Shown in pieces: positions 19,001 to 28,245 of a stretch of 53,502 nt of DNA. A program made the translations under genes and the position numbers. The DNA comes from an uncultured Bacilli bacterium. GTDB lineage: Bacteria; Bacillota_I; Bacilli_A; RF39; UBA660. The notes below the pieces were generated by a model, which saw only the letters and a program-made list of their open reading frames with translations, did not search any database and was not told the DNA's origin. The stretch's first letter is position 1. The number at the start of each line of letters is the position of its first letter. Where the stretch lies: positions 1 through 53,502 of the forward strand of contig CANPXO010000003.1 in assembly GCA_947586205.1 (NCBI GenBank), read 5' to 3'.

Positions 19001-20763
19001 AAGCCATCACATGTTTCTTCGTCTTCTGGGTCTTCCTCAGTAGAGTCTCCTTTTTTAGCAACTGTAATTGTAATACTTGTTCCACTTACTATTTGAGTTC
19101 CTTCTGCTCTACTTTGCCCGATGACAAGACCTGGTGTTTTATTACTTACTTGTTCGATTTTATTAATAGTAACATTATATTTCTTTAAGTACTCTTCCAC
19201 ATCTTCAAATGTATAATGTCCATTTGCAAAATTTGGATATTTGTCTACATTTGGAATATATAAAGTGACATAATCTCCTTTCGTGACTTTTTCTCCAGCT
19301 TTCGGACTTTGATCTAAAATAATATTTTCTTCTACATCTTTATCTTTAGAATCTCGTTTTTCCACAATGACATGGACGTTCTTAGCTTCTAATTGTCCTT
19401 TTATTTCTAAATAATTTTTACCTTTAAAGTCATCTAATGTAATTTTCGTATCTCCTTCACTAATCCATAAAGTAATTTCAGTACCAGTCGTTCTGATTGT
19501 ATAAGCAAGAGGTGCAGTTTTGGCAACTTTTCCGAATGGCACATCGTCAGACGCGATATGCTCTTGTTCGGTTGCTACGGTAAATCCGGCATCTTGTAAA
19601 GTTTTAATCGCATCTTCTACAGAGTAACCTGTGACATCTGGAATAGAAATTTTCTTTGTTTTCGTAAGTGCTGGAATTAAAGCAAAACCAACGGTTATGA
19701 TAACCACAAGGATAGTAAAGATACTTGCAAGTATAATTAATAATTTGCTATTAGACTTTTTTAAATCTTTTTTTGTAATTTGTTTTGCGAGTACATCTGT
19801 GTCTTCTTTCACTTCTTTCTTTGCCATTTTCTTATCCACACTTTCTTTTTTCTCTTCTGTAACTACCTTTTTTGGTGCTTTTTTCATATCTTCAAGAACT
19901 TCTGGATAAGGTAATACAATCTTTGGTTCATTTTTACGATCCTCATCTAAGCAAGTGAGTAAATCGTTATGCATTTCTCTTGCATCGGTATAACGATTCT
20001 TTGGGTTCTTAGCCGTTGCTTTAATAATGATATTTTCAATACTTTGAGGAATGTTTGGAAGTTCATCCCGAATGCTTGGAAGTGGTTCTTTTAAGTGTTT
20101 TAATGCAATCTCGACTGCATTGTCGCCTTTATATGGTAAGGAACCGGTTAAAAGTTCATACATCACAATTCCCATGGAATAAATATCACTTTGTAAAGTA
20201 GACCCTTTTCCATTTGCTTGCTCAGGTGGAATATAATGAACACTTCCCATCACGGAATTTGTTTGGGTTAACTGAGTAGAGTTCATTGCCATTGCAATTC
20301 CAAAATCCATGATTTTCACTAAACCATTTTCTAAAATCATAATGTTTTGAGGTTTAATATCGCGGTGGATAATATAAGAGTCATGCGCGACACTCATACC
20401 ATCGGTAATTTGTAACATGATATCAATCACTTCACTGATGGTAAGTTTTCCACGTTTTTTAAGCAAATTCTTTAAATGTTTTCCTTCTACGTATTCCATT
20501 ACTATGTAGTATTGTCCATTATCTTCGCCAACATCATATACTTCTACAATATTGGGGTGTGTCAAACTACTTGCAGATAACGCTTCTCTTTGAAAACGTC
20601 TTACAAATTTCTCATCATTTGCAAGATCTCCTCTTAATACTTTTACTGCTACATTTCGATCTAATATGGTATCATAAGCCAAGTAAACGTTGGCCATCCC
20701 GCCTTCGCCAATTGATTTTATTATTTGGTAACGGTCACTAATTTTTTGCCCCTTCATTATCAT
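18994..20763 (-). CDS. prkC: PASTA-domain Ser/Thr protein kinase
   Basis: 589 aa. Hanks kinase motifs (GEGGMANVY, HRDIKPQN, DFG), a TM helix, and three PASTA repeats. Confidence 0.93.
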   Translation of the reverse strand: MIMKGQKISDRYQIIKSIGEGGMANVYLAYDTILDRNVAVKVLRGDLANDEKFVRRFQREALSASSLTHPNIVEVYDVGEDNGQYYIVMEYVEGKHLKNLLKKRGKLTISEVIDIMLQITDGMSVAHDSYIIHRDIKPQNIMILENGLVKIMDFGIAMAMNSTQLTQTNSVMGSVHYIPPEQANGKGSTLQSDIYSMGIVMYELLTGSLPYKGDNAVEIALKHLKEPLPSIRDELPNIPQSIENIIIKATAKNPKNRYTDAREMHNDLLTCLDEDRKNEPKIVLPYPEVLEDMKKAPKKVVTEEKKESVDKKMAKKEVKEDTDVLAKQITKKDLKKSNSKLLIILASIFTILVVIITVGFALIPALTKTKKISIPDVTGYSVEDAIKTLQDAGFTVATEQEHIASDDVPFGKVAKTAPLAYTIRTTGTEITLWISEGDTKITLDDFKGKNYLEIKGQLEAKNVHVIVEKRDSKDKDVEENIILDQSPKAGEKVTKGDYVTLYIPNVDKYPNFANGHYTFEDVEEYLKKYNVTINKIEQVSNKTPGLVIGQSRAEGTQIVSGTSITITVAKKGDSTEEDPEDEETCDGLC

Positions 20764-20765
20764 AA

Positions 20766-21506
20766 TTATTCACACTCACTCTTCATATCTAATAAGGCAA
20801 TGGATATATTATCATTTCCACCTCTTGCATTACATTTACGGACTAATAATTTCACTTTATCTTCGATGCTTCCTTCTTCATCTAAAACTTTTTCAATTTG
20901 TTCGACGGTAAGCATTCCAGTAAGACCATCGCTGCAAAGAAGGATGCCATCGACATCTCTTTCGACATCAAAAATATCCATATCAATTTGTTCCCCTGCC
21001 CCAAGTGCTTTCATAAGCACATTTTTCTTTGGATGATACTTTGCTTCTTCTTCAGTTAAGTTTCCAGCTTCCACAAGTAAACTTACTAAAGTATGGTCTT
21101 TTGTTACTTTATGTAACTTTTTATTTTTCCAAACAAAGCCTGAAGAATCCCCAATATTTCCAAAAATTAAATAATCTTTTGTGACAAGTGCTAGAACTAA
21201 AGTCGTACCAAGTCCTGTTGAATCATGATGATTCTTAGCATATTCTAAAATAGCTTCATTAATTTCACTCACGTTATCATTAAGCCAATTCACAGCATCT
21301 AATTTAGACCCAATACTGCTCATCGATGAAAATCGTTTCCCAAAATGAGTCACTGCTAGACTTGAAGCCACTTCTCCTGCTCGATGTCCCCCCATCCCAT
21401 CCGCGACAAGAAGTAAAAGTTCTCCACTTCCATTTTTAACAATCGTGACAGAATCTTCATTATGACTTCTTACTTTTCCAGCATCGGTTAAGTAATAAGA
21501 TTTCAC
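20766..21506 (-). CDS. prpC: PP2C-family Ser/Thr phosphatase (Stp/PrpC)
   Basis: 246 aa. Contains NEDS, ADGMGGH, LCSDGL and GGNDNIS motifs, and lies directly upstream of prkC. Confidence 0.93.
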   Translation of the reverse strand: MKSYYLTDAGKVRSHNEDSVTIVKNGSGELLLLVADGMGGHRAGEVASSLAVTHFGKRFSSMSSIGSKLDAVNWLNDNVSEINEAILEYAKNHHDSTGLGTTLVLALVTKDYLIFGNIGDSSGFVWKNKKLHKVTKDHTLVSLLVEAGNLTEEEAKYHPKKNVLMKALGAGEQIDMDIFDVERDVDGILLCSDGLTGMLTVEQIEKVLDEEGSIEDKVKLLVRKCNARGGNDNISIALLDMKSECE

Positions 21507-21628
21507 ATGATCACCTCAATCATATTAAGCATATCAAAAATTTGAAATGAAGTAAATTCTTAACTGATTTTGTCATTTGTTTTTTTCCAAAGTTTCGACA
21601 TATATTGACATCTTCTTTACATCATATG

Positions 21629-21652
21629 AAAAAAGGATGAATTTTTTTCATC
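21629..21652 (-). terminator. weak putative terminator downstream of the NTPase gene
   Basis: The minus strand reads GATGAA-AAAAA-TTCATC followed by CCTTTTTTC. The stem is only 6 bp. Confidence 0.3.
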
Positions 21653-21706
21653 TCTTTTCATATTTAATCATTCGAAGTAATCATGAATGTGTCCATTTTT
21701 TCTTCT

Positions 21707-22261
21707 TTATTTTTCTTTTTTTAAAACTGGCTTGTCATTCCAAACATCATTTATATGTTGAGTAAGAGCCATCACAAAAGCTTCTTTTGTCTGATCAATT
21801 CGACTCACCACACCGTTTGTTAAAAGACTCACTCCACCTTTTCCACTTCTTAAATCTTCTTCTTTAAAAATGTGATCCATGACTTGTCCTAAATCAGTTT
21901 CGATAATTTCTTTCACATATTTATCAGGTACTGGAAAAGCGGGACTCATGCCCCAGCTCTCATAGCCATCTTTGTCTTTAATCACCGCGACACTTACAAT
22001 CACCCATTTTCCTAAAGCATTGGTAATTCCTGATTCAATACCTAAATAGTAATCAGCATCAATATGATTCTCCACTGCATACTCTCTTAAATGGTTTACT
22101 CGGTTTCTAGAGCCTTCATAAATTTCAAGGTTCACTGGTTCTTCTCCCACATCGGAAGAAACCTTAATTCCTTCTATTTCAAAGTCTTCAAAATAATTTT
22201 GAAAAGCTTCTTTCGCTCCCTTTATTTTTCCTGGATTTTGAGTTCCAATTAATATTTTCAT
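21707..22261 (-). CDS. inosine/xanthosine triphosphatase (YjjX/DUF84 family)
   Basis: 184 aa. The N-terminal GTQNPGKIKGAKEAF, EEP and GIESGI blocks match the non-canonical purine NTPase family. Confidence 0.8.
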   Translation of the reverse strand: MKILIGTQNPGKIKGAKEAFQNYFEDFEIEGIKVSSDVGEEPVNLEIYEGSRNRVNHLREYAVENHIDADYYLGIESGITNALGKWVIVSVAVIKDKDGYESWGMSPAFPVPDKYVKEIIETDLGQVMDHIFKEEDLRSGKGGVSLLTNGVVSRIDQTKEAFVMALTQHINDVWNDKPVLKKEK

Positions 22262-22266
22262 AATGC

Positions 22267-22677
22267 TTACCTCTTTAATAATTTTAATGTTTGTTCATCT
22301 AAACTTCCTTCATAATATTTTTCTAATACTTGTTTAAATATTTCTCTCTTTGTTGCTTCATAAAATAAGGTCATGGAAGATTTTAATTTTAAATCATCCG
22401 GTGGATCCATCACACTTTTGATATTGTTTGTTGGAATCGAAAGAACAGCTTCGGTAATTTCTAATAAATGATTTCTTAAATATTCATTTGCAAAATAAGC
22501 TTTTGCTTCTTCTAAATCTTCTATTCCATAATAGTCAGCATAGTAACTCATGCCAAGGCCTTTTAACTGAGGAAAGATATACCATATCCAATGGGTTTCT
22601 TTCTTGCCATTTTTCATTTCTTCTAACGCACTTTCATAATCTCTTTCTTGAGCTTCAATAAACCGTTCTAAATTCAT
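22267..22677 (-). CDS. DUF1810 family protein
   Basis: ERFIEAQERDYESALEEMKNGKKETHWIWYIFPQLKGLGMS is the family signature. The start is set at the ATG at 22677, which overlaps the mraY TAA (TAATG). The longer tracked ORF runs into mraY. Confidence 0.8.
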   Translation of the reverse strand: MNLERFIEAQERDYESALEEMKNGKKETHWIWYIFPQLKGLGMSYYADYYGIEDLEEAKAYFANEYLRNHLLEITEAVLSIPTNNIKSVMDPPDDLKLKSSMTLFYEATKREIFKQVLEKYYEGSLDEQTLKLLKR

Positions 22678-23699
22678 TATAACCATACTCCATAAGTAAT
22701 CGCGGCCATGGCAAGTAATAAGCCGACAACATAGAATGCTTTCACGATATCCGTTTCTTTCCAACCTAATTGTTCAAAGTGATGATGTAAAGGTGCCATT
22801 TTAAATACTTTTTTATGGAATTTACGAATGGCAATAATTTGAATTAAACTTGATAACGTTTCTACCACAAAGACTCCACCAATTAAAGCAAGAGATAATT
22901 CATGTCGTGTAATAATCGCGACGGTTGCCATTGCAGCCCCTAAAGATAAACTTCCTAAGTCTCCCATGAAGACTTTGGCAGGATGCGAATTAAAAAGTAA
23001 GAAGCCAAGTAAAGCACCGACTAATACAAAACAGAAAATGGCAACTTCTTGATATCCTTCCATCCAAGTTGTATTCCAAGTAATAATACCGAATGCGACA
23101 AAGGCAATCATACTAAGTCCTCCACAAAGGCCATCTAATCCATCCGTAATATTGACCGCGTTACTAGAACCAACAAGTAAGAATAAAATGAATAAGCCAA
23201 ACGTCCAACCCATGGGAATTAAAATTCCTAAAGAAGTAATTTCGAGCTCCGGTTTTCCTCCATTTTGCATAAAGATATAGAAGAAAATGAGGGCAATCAC
23301 CATTTGAATTAAAAATTTGGTCGAGATACGAAGTCCTTGATTGTTGTTATAACGTACCTTTAACCAGTCATCAATAAATCCTAAGAAAGCATAGGCTAAG
23401 AAGACAAATAAAACAATAATTAAATTATGATTGAATGTAATACTTCCTCTGATATACAGTAATAATAAAGTAATCACCACCGGAATGATAAAAATAATTC
23501 CACCCATGGTTGGCGTTCCTTCTTTTTTCAAATGGTTTTCTCCAATTAAATGACTCACATGTTGCCTTACATTGATTTTTTTTAACATCGGAATAAAAAT
23601 TAATCCACAAACAATTGCAAAGATAAAACCTAACATCATTGCAAGAGCTGTTTTTGCTAAAATAAGCATAGTTCCACCTACCTCATAAGTATTATACAA
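22677..23699 (-). CDS. mraY: phospho-N-acetylmuramoyl-pentapeptide transferase
   Basis: 340 aa, about 10 TM helices. Contains DDWLKV, NAVNITDGLDGL and HHHFE motifs. Confidence 0.95.
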   Translation of the reverse strand: MYNTYEVGGTMLILAKTALAMMLGFIFAIVCGLIFIPMLKKINVRQHVSHLIGENHLKKEGTPTMGGIIFIIPVVITLLLLYIRGSITFNHNLIIVLFVFLAYAFLGFIDDWLKVRYNNNQGLRISTKFLIQMVIALIFFYIFMQNGGKPELEITSLGILIPMGWTFGLFILFLLVGSSNAVNITDGLDGLCGGLSMIAFVAFGIITWNTTWMEGYQEVAIFCFVLVGALLGFLLFNSHPAKVFMGDLGSLSLGAAMATVAIITRHELSLALIGGVFVVETLSSLIQIIAIRKFHKKVFKMAPLHHHFEQLGWKETDIVKAFYVVGLLLAMAAITYGVWL

Positions 23700-23752
23700 G
23701 AAAACAAGGTCTCTTTTCTACCTTTTTGTTTATTTTTTTACATATTTATACA

Positions 23753-25666
23753 TTAGCCTAACATAAGCTTGACACTTCCACCTTCTTTTACGAATTGATT
23801 TTCACCTGGACTTTGATAAATGACTGTCTCTCCACTTCCTGAAAATTCTAAGGTATATCCTTTTAAATTTTTTTTAGCTTCCTCGACACTCATTCCAACG
23901 ACACTTGGAATTCGATAGTATTTGGTATCCATCCAATTATATTCTTTTTCCATCCCTTCGGTGGTTGGTTCGAGTTTCAACACACTGATAGCTGTTTCTA
24001 AAATGGATTTGGCGACAGGTGCTGCCGTTTGTCCACCGTATTGTATAGCTCCAATTGGATGGTCAATTGCAACATAAACGACAATTTCAGGGTCATCAGC
24101 AGGCATGAATCCCATGAAAGATAAAATGTAATTTCCGACCATATAATGCCCCGCTTCTACTTTTTGAGCCGTTCCTGTTTTTCCTCCAACTCGGTAATTT
24201 TCAATGTAAGCATTTCGTCCACTTCCATTTGCCACGACACTTTCTAAGGCGTATCTTGCAAGTTTACTCGATTCTTCACCGATCACTTTTCTTTTTAAAG
24301 TGGGCTCTGCACTAAAAATGACGGAGTTTGTTTCAGGTTCTAACATTTCTTTTACTAAATAAGGAGTATAAAGATTGCCCCCATTAATGACAGCTGAGAC
24401 AGCTACTGCTTGTTGAATGGGTGTGACTGAAATACCTTGCCCAAAACTGGTTGTTGCAAGTTCTACAGGTCCCATTTTCTCTGGTCGAAATAGAATTCCA
24501 CTTGATTCTCCATTTAAATCAATTCCTGTTTTTTCTCCGAAACCAAACTCATGAATGTATTTCATAAGTGTTTCGGTTCCGAGCTTCTGACCTAGAGATA
24601 CAAACCCCGGATTACAACTATTCTCCACTACATTTAGGTATGTCTGGGTACCATGTCCTCCACTCTTCCAACAGTGAATCGTCGCCCCATCGACGTGGAC
24701 GCTTCCTGAGTCATAAAAAGTATCTTCAAATAAATTCACAGTCTTTTCTTCTAGAGAACTTGCGAGGGTCATAATTTTAAAAGTTGAACCAGGCTCGTAA
24801 GTCATCCATATCGGTAAGTTTCGATTAATGGTTTCATTGTCATAATCTTGATAGTGATTTGGGTCAAAGTTAGGTCGGCTTGCCATTGCATAGATTTCCC
24901 CTGTTTTGGGGTTCATTGCTAAAATCATTGCATGTTCTGGTGTAAATTTGGCCATGACATTATCAAGTTCTCGCTCGGCCGCCAGTTGTAAGTCCAAATC
25001 TATGGTAAGAGTGATATTAATTCCATTTTGAGGTTTTTCATATACTTCGGATAGTTCTAATCGATTTCCTTTACCATCGGAAAAATACTTAATCGACCCA
25101 TTCTCTCCTGTTAAATATTCATCATAAGTAAGTTCTATCCCAGATAATCCTTGATTATCAATTCCGACATAACCAAGAACATGCGAAAGTAAAGAACCAT
25201 ATGGATAATATCTTTTACTTTCTTTTACTAAATAAACTCCATCATAACCTAAATCATTAATTTGAGAAGCTATCTCATAAGAAAGTTGTCTTCCTTCTGG
25301 ATGAACTCTTTCAATACTTGTTTTTTTACTGACATGGGCAAGCATACTTTCATAATCCGAATTTAATATTTCACTTAAGGACCTCGCCACCTCTTCTTTG
25401 TTTTTAATTTGATTTGGAATTAGTACTAAAGATGTTGTTGTTAAATTCGTAGCTAACACTTTTCCATTTCGATCATAAATTTCTCCACGGTCTGCTCCAA
25501 TGGGAAGTTGCCTACTCCATAAAGATTCGGCTAAAGAACTTAATTTATCATATTGAAACACTTGAATATAAAAGACTCGTATCATAATAATAATTAAAAT
25601 GCATAAAACCATTAAAAAGAAAAAACGTATTCTTGTATGAATATCAGAAAAAAACATAAAAGTCAC
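23753..25666 (-). CDS. class B penicillin-binding protein (SpoVD/FtsI-like) with one PASTA domain
   Basis: 637 aa. Contains STFK, SCN and KTGTA motifs plus a C-terminal PASTA domain. Confidence 0.9.
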   Translation of the reverse strand: MTFMFFSDIHTRIRFFFLMVLCILIIIMIRVFYIQVFQYDKLSSLAESLWSRQLPIGADRGEIYDRNGKVLATNLTTTSLVLIPNQIKNKEEVARSLSEILNSDYESMLAHVSKKTSIERVHPEGRQLSYEIASQINDLGYDGVYLVKESKRYYPYGSLLSHVLGYVGIDNQGLSGIELTYDEYLTGENGSIKYFSDGKGNRLELSEVYEKPQNGINITLTIDLDLQLAAERELDNVMAKFTPEHAMILAMNPKTGEIYAMASRPNFDPNHYQDYDNETINRNLPIWMTYEPGSTFKIMTLASSLEEKTVNLFEDTFYDSGSVHVDGATIHCWKSGGHGTQTYLNVVENSCNPGFVSLGQKLGTETLMKYIHEFGFGEKTGIDLNGESSGILFRPEKMGPVELATTSFGQGISVTPIQQAVAVSAVINGGNLYTPYLVKEMLEPETNSVIFSAEPTLKRKVIGEESSKLARYALESVVANGSGRNAYIENYRVGGKTGTAQKVEAGHYMVGNYILSFMGFMPADDPEIVVYVAIDHPIGAIQYGGQTAAPVAKSILETAISVLKLEPTTEGMEKEYNWMDTKYYRIPSVVGMSVEEAKKNLKGYTLEFSGSGETVIYQSPGENQFVKEGGSVKLMLG

Positions 25667-25694
25667 CTAGTACATTTTATGTTTCTTTTTTAAG

Positions 25695-25723
25695 AATATA
25701 AGTGATAGTCTAACACTTATATT
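25695..25723. other. 10-bp perfect inverted repeat (hairpin) between fic and the PBP gene
   Basis: AATATAAGTG (25695-25704) and CACTTATATT (25714-25723) with a 9-nt loop. No U-tract follows on the minus strand, so it is not a canonical terminator. Confidence 0.3.
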
Positions 25724-25787
25724 TCAACTTCTTCAGTAGTATCTTCAAATTCAACTCAATATAGATACTAATTTAAAATTAAGTTAT

Positions 25788-26543
25788 TTATCCTCCTAAT
25801 TCAAAATCAAGCATTTCTTTAGCAACACTTTCATATATATCTTGTTCATGTTTCATCGTATCTATTAAAAACATTTTATCTTCTTTGTAATTTTTAAGTC
25901 CTCTCATATAATAAGGTTTATCACTATCAAAAACAATAAATGGCATGATATGATTTTTAAAACATTCTTTAAACATAATCATTCTACCTACTCGGCCATT
26001 TCCATCTCCAAAAGGATGAATACACTCAAAATGATAATGAAAATCAATAATATCTTCAATTTTTACTTTTTCTATTTCTTGATATTTCTTTAATAATTTA
26101 TCTAAATCTTTTTCCACATTTTTGGGTGATGATGCATGAATCACATTGATAAGTCCAATTTTATTTGGAACAACTTTAAATCCACCAACATTATAACGAG
26201 GATTTTCTTCATCAGTCGTATTTCTTTTTAAAATCATATTCATTTTAATCATGATTTCTTTGGTTAATGGTTCATCCATAATGTCTAAGCAATAATCAAA
26301 AAGTCGAAAATGATTTTTCATTTCCATTAAATCATCCAACTGAATCGCATCATTACTTTTTGGTATAAAAGAATTTGTTTCAAAAATTTCTTCTGTTTCA
26401 TCTTCTGTGAGATGTCCACCTTCTATTTTATTAGAATTATACGCAAAATTTACTTGTGAATAATGATAGATATTTCCTTTAAACTTTGATTTTCGTTGTT
26501 CTATAAGTTCTTCTTTTATTTTATCAATTAACATACCTACCAT
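25788..26543 (-). CDS. fic: Fic/Fido-domain protein (AMPylase-type, class II auto-inhibited)
   Basis: 251 aa. The HPFGDGNGRVGR motif matches HxFx(D/E)GNGRxxR. An N-terminal SNKIEG matches the (S/T)xxxE(G/N) inhibitory helix. Confidence 0.9.
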   Translation of the reverse strand: MVGMLIDKIKEELIEQRKSKFKGNIYHYSQVNFAYNSNKIEGGHLTEDETEEIFETNSFIPKSNDAIQLDDLMEMKNHFRLFDYCLDIMDEPLTKEIMIKMNMILKRNTTDEENPRYNVGGFKVVPNKIGLINVIHASSPKNVEKDLDKLLKKYQEIEKVKIEDIIDFHYHFECIHPFGDGNGRVGRMIMFKECFKNHIMPFIVFDSDKPYYMRGLKNYKEDKMFLIDTMKHEQDIYESVAKEMLDFELGG

Positions 26544-26560
26544 CTTCCTTTAACAAAATA

Positions 26561-26589
26561 AGTATAACATTTAAAAAACTTACTTACAA
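26561..26589 (-). promoter_or_regulatory. putative sigma-A promoter for fic
   Basis: The minus strand reads TTGTAA (26589-26584), 17 nt, TATACT (26566-26561). A TGn extended -10 is present. Confidence 0.45.
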
Positions 26590-26732
26590 ATTTAATAATC
26601 CTAACAAAGCATTAATTTAAAACTAAAATGTTAGTTCAAATATTCTTTAAATTTATAATTGTTATTATATTAACTCCACATAAAAGACATCTTCAAATAA
26701 TTGACGGCTTTTTCTTCATCCTTTTTGACAAT

Positions 26733-27575
26733 TCATTTTTGATTAGATAATATATCTATTATTTTGTAAATTGCCTTTATTGTATCTTCAAAAGTTACAT
26801 TTTTAGTATATTCGAGTTTTTTCTGATAATTAGTAAATACATTTTTTAAAGTTTCACTATCTTCTAGCATTTTTACAATTTCTTTAAAATTATCTACATT
26901 AAATTCAATGTTTCTTTTATGGAAAGTATTCTCAATGGCTTTCACTAAATTTTTATCATTTATATCATCATTATGTTTATTCATTAACATATACAAATCA
27001 TAAAAATCTTTTGCTCTTGTCGTAGTAATATTTTTACTGATTATGCTTTCAAACTTTTCTGCAATAATCGTTTCCATTGTATATGCCATAATATTTATTT
27101 TCCTATTTTCAAATATTGAATGATATTGATATTTTATTTCACGAGGTGTAATAATATCTCCAGTAGTTATTTCAATAAAGAAATTCGTTCTAATTTTATC
27201 AAATGTACCTTTGACATTTATTCGAAAACCTCCATACTCATCTTCTAATCTAATGTCTCTGATACTAACAATTTCAAAATGTATATTATCATCAATATCA
27301 ATTGCTAATATTTCTTCAAAGATATGTTTAATAGATTCCATATTTAATGGCAAACTTTTTAAAGTCGCATCTATATCTTTTGTAGTCCTCAAATCCTCAC
27401 CAATAATAGAAGAAAGTAAAACTCCACCCTTTAATATAATATTGTTTTTATATTTACTCTTTTCAAGTCTCATTAACACATGTTCAAAGAAAAACATTTG
27501 ATGAAGATGAAGAGCCACATTATTATTGCCATTAGACTTTTTTTTAATAATTCCATTTAATTTGTCTGAATTCAT
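26733..27575 (-). CDS. abiEii: AbiEii/AbiGii-family nucleotidyltransferase toxin (DUF1814)
   Basis: 280 aa. ILKGGVLL...TKDIDA is the NTase hGG + DxD motif. The start codon directly abuts the abiEi stop (TAGATG). Confidence 0.85.
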   Translation of the reverse strand: MNSDKLNGIIKKKSNGNNNVALHLHQMFFFEHVLMRLEKSKYKNNIILKGGVLLSSIIGEDLRTTKDIDATLKSLPLNMESIKHIFEEILAIDIDDNIHFEIVSIRDIRLEDEYGGFRINVKGTFDKIRTNFFIEITTGDIITPREIKYQYHSIFENRKINIMAYTMETIIAEKFESIISKNITTTRAKDFYDLYMLMNKHNDDINDKNLVKAIENTFHKRNIEFNVDNFKEIVKMLEDSETLKNVFTNYQKKLEYTKNVTFEDTIKAIYKIIDILSNQK

Positions 27576-28178
27576 CTATAATAGCACCTCCATTAACTCT
27601 ACTACTTCATTTTCAATTCCTAATTGCTTAGAATATTTCACAAGCTTTAATAAATTCTTATTCTTATTTCTTGCATATTCCTTTAAAGCTTTAGAATAAA
27701 TTTCTTTATCCATATGATTTTTATCTTTAATGATATCACATAATGTTCTTTCTAAATCGTAGCACTGAACTGTTAAATCATTAATTGTTTTAACTTCAGT
27801 CTTACCAATATCAAAAATATTGTCATTTACATAATGAAGAGATACTGATTCGTTATGTAATAAGTTTCCACTGTAATGATAAGGAACTGTTACATCATAA
27901 ATTAATGGAATTCTGTCAGACATATTATGTAAATATAAACTTGTTGCATGAGAATAACACATTTTTTTGCTATATTTTGATAAAATGTAAAAGCTATCCA
28001 ATGGATATTTAGGCAATTTATATATACCAAATCCGACTCTTTCCAATTTTTTATCATTTACTAAGTTGCTTAAAAATTTTCTATGTACACCTAATTCTTC
28101 TGCTTCTTTGGTAGTAATATATCCATTATTTGTTTTCGAATATTCTAAAATTCTAATATAACAATTCATATCTATCAT
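27576..28178 (-). CDS. abiEi: AbiEi-family antitoxin/transcriptional regulator (type IV TA)
   Basis: 200 aa. N-terminal winged-helix segment (GYITTKEAEELGVHRKFLSNLVNDKKLERVGFGIYKL) plus a C-terminal AbiEi_4-like domain. It lies upstream of abiEii. Confidence 0.8.
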   Translation of the reverse strand: MIDMNCYIRILEYSKTNNGYITTKEAEELGVHRKFLSNLVNDKKLERVGFGIYKLPKYPLDSFYILSKYSKKMCYSHATSLYLHNMSDRIPLIYDVTVPYHYSGNLLHNESVSLHYVNDNIFDIGKTEVKTINDLTVQCYDLERTLCDIIKDKNHMDKEIYSKALKEYARNKNKNLLKLVKYSKQLGIENEVVELMEVLL

Positions 28179-28181
28179 TCC

Positions 28182-28224
28182 CTTTCACAAGGAAAATTTT
28201 AACATTTTTCCTTGTGAAAGTCAA
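28182..28224 (-). promoter_or_regulatory. abiE promoter with an embedded 15-bp perfect inverted repeat (putative AbiEi operator)
   Basis: The minus strand reads TTGACT (28224-28219), 17 nt, TGtTAAAAT (-10 at 28201-28196). The IR arms are CTTTCACAAGGAAAA at 28182-28196 and its complement at 28206-28220. They flank and overlap the -10 and the spacer. Confidence 0.55.
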
Positions 28225-28245
28225 CTTGTAATTTGCTGTTTTTTT

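Noticed and set aside
22678-22764. N-terminal 29-aa extension of the DUF1810 ORF
   Set aside because: It overlaps the mraY 3' end by 88 nt. The family-typical sequence begins at the ATG at 22677, which forms a TAATG junction with the mraY stop.
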